The position numbers and the translations under genes are program-made. Shown here piece after piece: positions 60,637-64,000 of a DNA stretch of 64,000 nt (position 1 is its first letter; each line of letters begins with the position of its first letter). This DNA comes from Alphaproteobacteria bacterium (GTDB taxonomy: Bacteria > Pseudomonadota > Alphaproteobacteria > UBA828), in contig CAXXMU010000002.1 of NCBI GenBank assembly GCA_963667785.2, positions 64,001 to 128,000 on the forward strand, given 5' to 3'. Below the pieces are notes generated by a model. It worked only from the letters and a program-made list of their open reading frames with translations, did no database searches and was not told the origin of the DNA.

Positions 60637-62754
60637 CTAACCACCCCGCGCCTCTCGGTCGAGGTCGGCGAAGCCCTTGCCGTCCGCCGCGAGCCGGCTC
60701 AGCAGCGGCGCCGGCTCCCAGTAGTCCTGGCCGCTCTCGTCGAGGCGCGCGACGGTCTTGTGGATGGCGGCGAGGCCGACTCCGTCGGCCCAGTGCATCA
60801 CGCCGCCCCGCCAGCGGGGAAAGCCGTATCCGTTGATCCACACGAGATCGACGTCGCTCGCGCGGAGCGCGATGCCCTCGTCCAGGAGCCGCGCGCCTTC
60901 GTTCACCAGCGGGTAGAGGAGGCGCTCGACGATCTCGTCCGCCCCGATGGAGCGGCGGGCGATGCCGCTTTCCGCCGCGACCTCGGCGATGAGCGCGTCC
61001 ACCTCCGGATCCGGGATCGGCGTGCGGCTGCCGGGCTCGTAGCGGTAGTAGCCGGCGCCGGTCTTCTGGCCGAAGCGGCCGCGCTCGCACAGCCGGTCCG
61101 CCACCGCCGAATAGCGCTTGGACGGGTCGCGCAGGTGGGCGTCGGCCTTGCGCTTGCGCCAGCTCACGTCGAGGCCGGCGAGATCGGCGACGGCACATGG
61201 CCCCATCGCCATGCCGAAGCCGGTCATCGCGGCGTCGACGTCGATCGGCGATGCGCCTTCCTCCAGCAGGAAGCGCACCTGCCGCGTGTAGCCCTCGAGC
61301 ATGCGGTTGCCGATGAAGCCGTGGCAGACGCCCGCCACGACCGCGAGCTTGCCGAGCCTCTGCGCGAGCGCAAGCACGGTCGCCAGCGTCTCGGGCGAGG
61401 CCGAATCGGTGCGCACCACCTCCAGCAGCCGCATCACCTGCGCCGGGCTGAAGAAGTGCATGCCGAGCACGCATCCCGCGTCCCGCCGCCGGGGGACGGT
61501 ATCGGCCAGGTGGTTGACGTCGAGATAGGAGGTATTGGACGCGATGATCGCGCCCTCGTCGCATGCCGTATCGAGGGTCCTGAACACCTCCTCCTTCAGC
61601 GGCATCTCCTCGAACACCGCTTCGATGACGAGGTCGGCGCCGGCGACACCCTCCATGGTCTCGACGGGCTCGATCAGCGCCATGCGGGCCTCGGCGTCGG
61701 CCGCGCCGATGCGTCCGCGCGCGACGCGGCTCTCGTAACCGCTCCGGATCGCCGCGAGTGCACGCTCCAGGGCGCTGCCGTCGGAATCCGTCAGCCGCAC
61801 GGGGATGCCGGCGTTGGCGAAGCAGATGGCGATGCCGGTGCCCATGGTGCCGGCGCCGATGATCGCGGCCCGCTCCACCTGCCGCGCCGGCGTCTCCTTG
61901 CCGATGCCCGGCACCCTGCGGGCCTGCCGCTCCGCGAAGAACACGTGGCGGAGGGCCTTCGATTCCGCGGATGCCATGCAGGCCTCGAAGACCTCCCGCT
62001 CGTGCCGGATCCCCTCGTCGAAGGGCAGCGTCAGCGCCATCTCGACGCATTCGAGGCAGGCGAGCGGCGCCCGCTGGCCGCGCGCCCGGCGCGCCAGACG
62101 CTCGCGGGTGGCGTCGAAGACCCCCGGATCGTCCAGCACCGGTGTGCGGTCGAGCGCGAGCGGATGCGGCGGGCCGGCGGCGACCCTCTCCTCGGCGAAG
62201 GCGACGGCGCCCTGCAGCAGGTCGCCCTCGATCACCCGGTCAAGAATGCCGTGCTCGGCGGCCTCCTCGGCGGGGACGCGGGTGCCGTCGACGATCATGG
62301 CGAGCGCCGTCGAGACGTTCGCGATGCGGGGCAGGCGCTGGGTGCCGCCGGCGCCGGGCGGGAAGCCCAAGAGAACCTCCGGCTGGCCGACCCCGGTCTC
62401 CCGGCTCGCGACGCGATAGTGGCAGGAGAGCGCCATCTCGAGCCCGCCGCCGAGGCAGTAGCCGGCGAGCGCGGCGATGACCGGCTTGGTCGAGCGCTCA
62501 ATGGCCGGGATGACATGGCGGAGCGTTGGCTCGTCCTCGGGCCAGGGCTTGCCGAACATGCCGATGTCGGCGCCGGCCAGCGCGCCCCTGCCGCCGCCGC
62601 GCAGCACGATCGCGTCGATCGCATCGTCCGCTTGGGCTTCTCCCAGCCGGCTCAGGATCGCGCCGGGCACGCCCACGCTCATGGCGTTCACCGGCGGGTT
62701 GTCGATGGTGATGACGCCGATCGCGCCGTGGCGTTCCAGACTCGCGCCGCCCAT
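60637..62754 (-). CDS. enoyl-CoA hydratase/3-hydroxyacyl-CoA dehydrogenase multifunctional enzyme
   Basis: NPPVNA, GGGLE, PEV.LG, GAGTMG, SNTS, GMHFFSPA, GFIGNR. Confidence 0.93.
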   Translation of the reverse strand: MGGASLERHGAIGVITIDNPPVNAMSVGVPGAILSRLGEAQADDAIDAIVLRGGGRGALAGADIGMFGKPWPEDEPTLRHVIPAIERSTKPVIAALAGYCLGGGLEMALSCHYRVASRETGVGQPEVLLGFPPGAGGTQRLPRIANVSTALAMIVDGTRVPAEEAAEHGILDRVIEGDLLQGAVAFAEERVAAGPPHPLALDRTPVLDDPGVFDATRERLARRARGQRAPLACLECVEMALTLPFDEGIRHEREVFEACMASAESKALRHVFFAERQARRVPGIGKETPARQVERAAIIGAGTMGTGIAICFANAGIPVRLTDSDGSALERALAAIRSGYESRVARGRIGAADAEARMALIEPVETMEGVAGADLVIEAVFEEMPLKEEVFRTLDTACDEGAIIASNTSYLDVNHLADTVPRRRDAGCVLGMHFFSPAQVMRLLEVVRTDSASPETLATVLALAQRLGKLAVVAGVCHGFIGNRMLEGYTRQVRFLLEEGASPIDVDAAMTGFGMAMGPCAVADLAGLDVSWRKRKADAHLRDPSKRYSAVADRLCERGRFGQKTGAGYYRYEPGSRTPIPDPEVDALIAEVAAESGIARRSIGADEIVERLLYPLVNEGARLLDEGIALRASDVDLVWINGYGFPRWRGGVMHWADGVGLAAIHKTVARLDESGQDYWEPAPLLSRLAADGKGFADLDREARGG

Positions 62755-62777
62755 CTGTTGTGTTCCTCTGTCTCTGC

Positions 62778-62841
62778 TGTGGAAGACCTGCGGGTAACCT
62801 GTGGAAAGTCGGTGAGTTTGCTGTTGAAAACGAATGGAAAA
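62778..62841. promoter_or_regulatory. cluster of DnaA-box-like 9-mers at 11-bp phasing
   Basis: TGTGGAAGA 62778, TGCGGGTAA 62789, TGTGGAAAG 62800, TGTTGAAAA 62822, AATGGAAAA 62833 versus TGTGGATAA. Confidence 0.5.
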
Positions 62842-62855
62842 CGCCGCCGGCGCCC

Positions 62856-64000
62856 TCAGGCCGCGCACACCTCGTCGAGCAGGCGGCGCATGAAGGCCTC
62901 GCAGGCGCGCACCTGGCTCACCTCGATGTACTCGTTGGGCTGATGCGCCTGTAGGATGCTGCCGGGCCCGCAGATCACGGTCGGGATTCCGACCTCCTGG
63001 AAGAGACCCGCCTCGGTGCCGTAGGCGACCACCTCGGTATGGTTGGTGCGCGCAAGCGCCATCACGATCGCCTCGGCCGGTGAGCCGTCCTCGGGCACCA
63101 GCCCCGGCACCTGGGCGCGGGATTCGGTGGTGATCGCGGTACCGGGATCGACGGCCTGCATGCGGGGCAGCACGGTCTCCGTGGCGAATTCCTCGAAACG
63201 GGCGCGAATCTCGTCGGGGTCCGCCCCCGGCATCAGCCGGTATTCCCAGGTGAAGCCGCAGTCGAGCGGCACGATGTTCTGGGCCGTGCCGCCACGGATC
63301 GTGCCCACGTGAACGGTCGTGTAGGGCGGATCGAAGCCGCTCTCCGGCTCGGCGCGGCCGGCCATCTCGTCGGCCATCTCGGTCAGGAAGTGGACCAGCG
63401 TCGCCGCATGCTGCACCGCATTCACCCCGAGATGGGTGGCGCTGGAATGGACCTCCCGGCCGCGCACGCGGGTCTGGAAGCTGTAGACGCCCTTGTGAGC
63501 GTTCACCACAGCCATGTTCGTGGGCTCGCCCACGATCACGATGTGCGGCTTGACGCCGAGCGAGGTGCCCAGCCGGTCGATCATCAGCGGCGCGCCGAGG
63601 CAGCCGACCTCCTCGTCGAAGGAGAGCGCGAAATGGATCGGGGTCTTGAGCGGCCGCGCGACGAATTCCGGGACCAGGGCGAGCGCGATCGCGCTGAAGC
63701 TCTTCATGTCCGAGGTGCCGCGCCCGTAGAGGCGGCCGTCCTTCTCCACGACGCGGAAGGGATCGGTATCCCAGGGCTGGCCGTCCACCGGCACCACATC
63801 GGTGTGGCCCGAGAGCGCGATGCCGGGCACGTCCTCCGGCCCCACCGTCGCGTAAAGATTCGCCTTGTTTTCGTTCTCGTCGTGAATAAGTGTAGAATCA
63901 ATACCGTGCGAGGCGAGATAGTCTCGTACGAAGTGAATGAGCGCGAGGTTAGACTCGCGACTAGTCGTGTCAAAAGACACGAGCCGCTCAATCAACTCGA
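62856..64000 (-). CDS. argE: acetylornithine deacetylase (M20 family); start probably just outside window
   Basis: LSGHTDVVP, GRGTSDMK, DEEVGC, GEPT, AHKG, GTEAG, AHQPNE. Confidence 0.9.
   Translation of the reverse strand, partial: ELIERLVSFDTTSRESNLALIHFVRDYLASHGIDSTLIHDENENKANLYATVGPEDVPGIALSGHTDVVPVDGQPWDTDPFRVVEKDGRLYGRGTSDMKSFSAIALALVPEFVARPLKTPIHFALSFDEEVGCLGAPLMIDRLGTSLGVKPHIVIVGEPTNMAVVNAHKGVYSFQTRVRGREVHSSATHLGVNAVQHAATLVHFLTEMADEMAGRAEPESGFDPPYTTVHVGTIRGGTAQNIVPLDCGFTWEYRLMPGADPDEIRARFEEFATETVLPRMQAVDPGTAITTESRAQVPGLVPEDGSPAEAIVMALARTNHTEVVAYGTEAGLFQEVGIPTVICGPGSILQAHQPNEYIEVSQVRACEAFMRRLLDEVCAA

Noticed and set aside
62755-62855. Chromosomal replication origin
   Set aside because: Too short, no consensus DnaA box or clear AT-rich unwinding element, no oriC-associated genes nearby

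Overview
High-GC alphaproteobacterial chromosome segment (Rhodospirillales-like gene set: hisZ-purA, rph-rdgB-hemW, def, IalB-family gene-rlmN). The core is rich in amine, amide and amino-acid catabolic genes: two hydantoinase/oxoprolinase systems, MttB, a Rieske oxygenase, two amidases, glxBCD/mgsABC, asparaginase and ltaE. A ~19.6 kb island (8071-27683) is bounded by a perfect 47-bp direct repeat of the tRNA-Lys(UUU) 3' half and has no visible integrase. It carries a serine hydrolase, a B12-radical SAM enzyme, an RND pump, a mono-modular reducing type I PKS/FAS and a thioester reductase-sulfotransferase fusion, the architecture of the sponge-symbiont 'swf' cluster. Other notable items: a split cucumopine-synthase/McbB-like gene pair at the head of the N-methylglutamate synthase-like operon, a TAGAGC-ended MITE/REP family, a helically phased ATCCC array, a phased DnaA-box-like array, a frameshifted periplasmic nucleosidase, and an argE 5' end with foreign codon usage. 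All family calls come from motif recognition by eye; no database searches were run.
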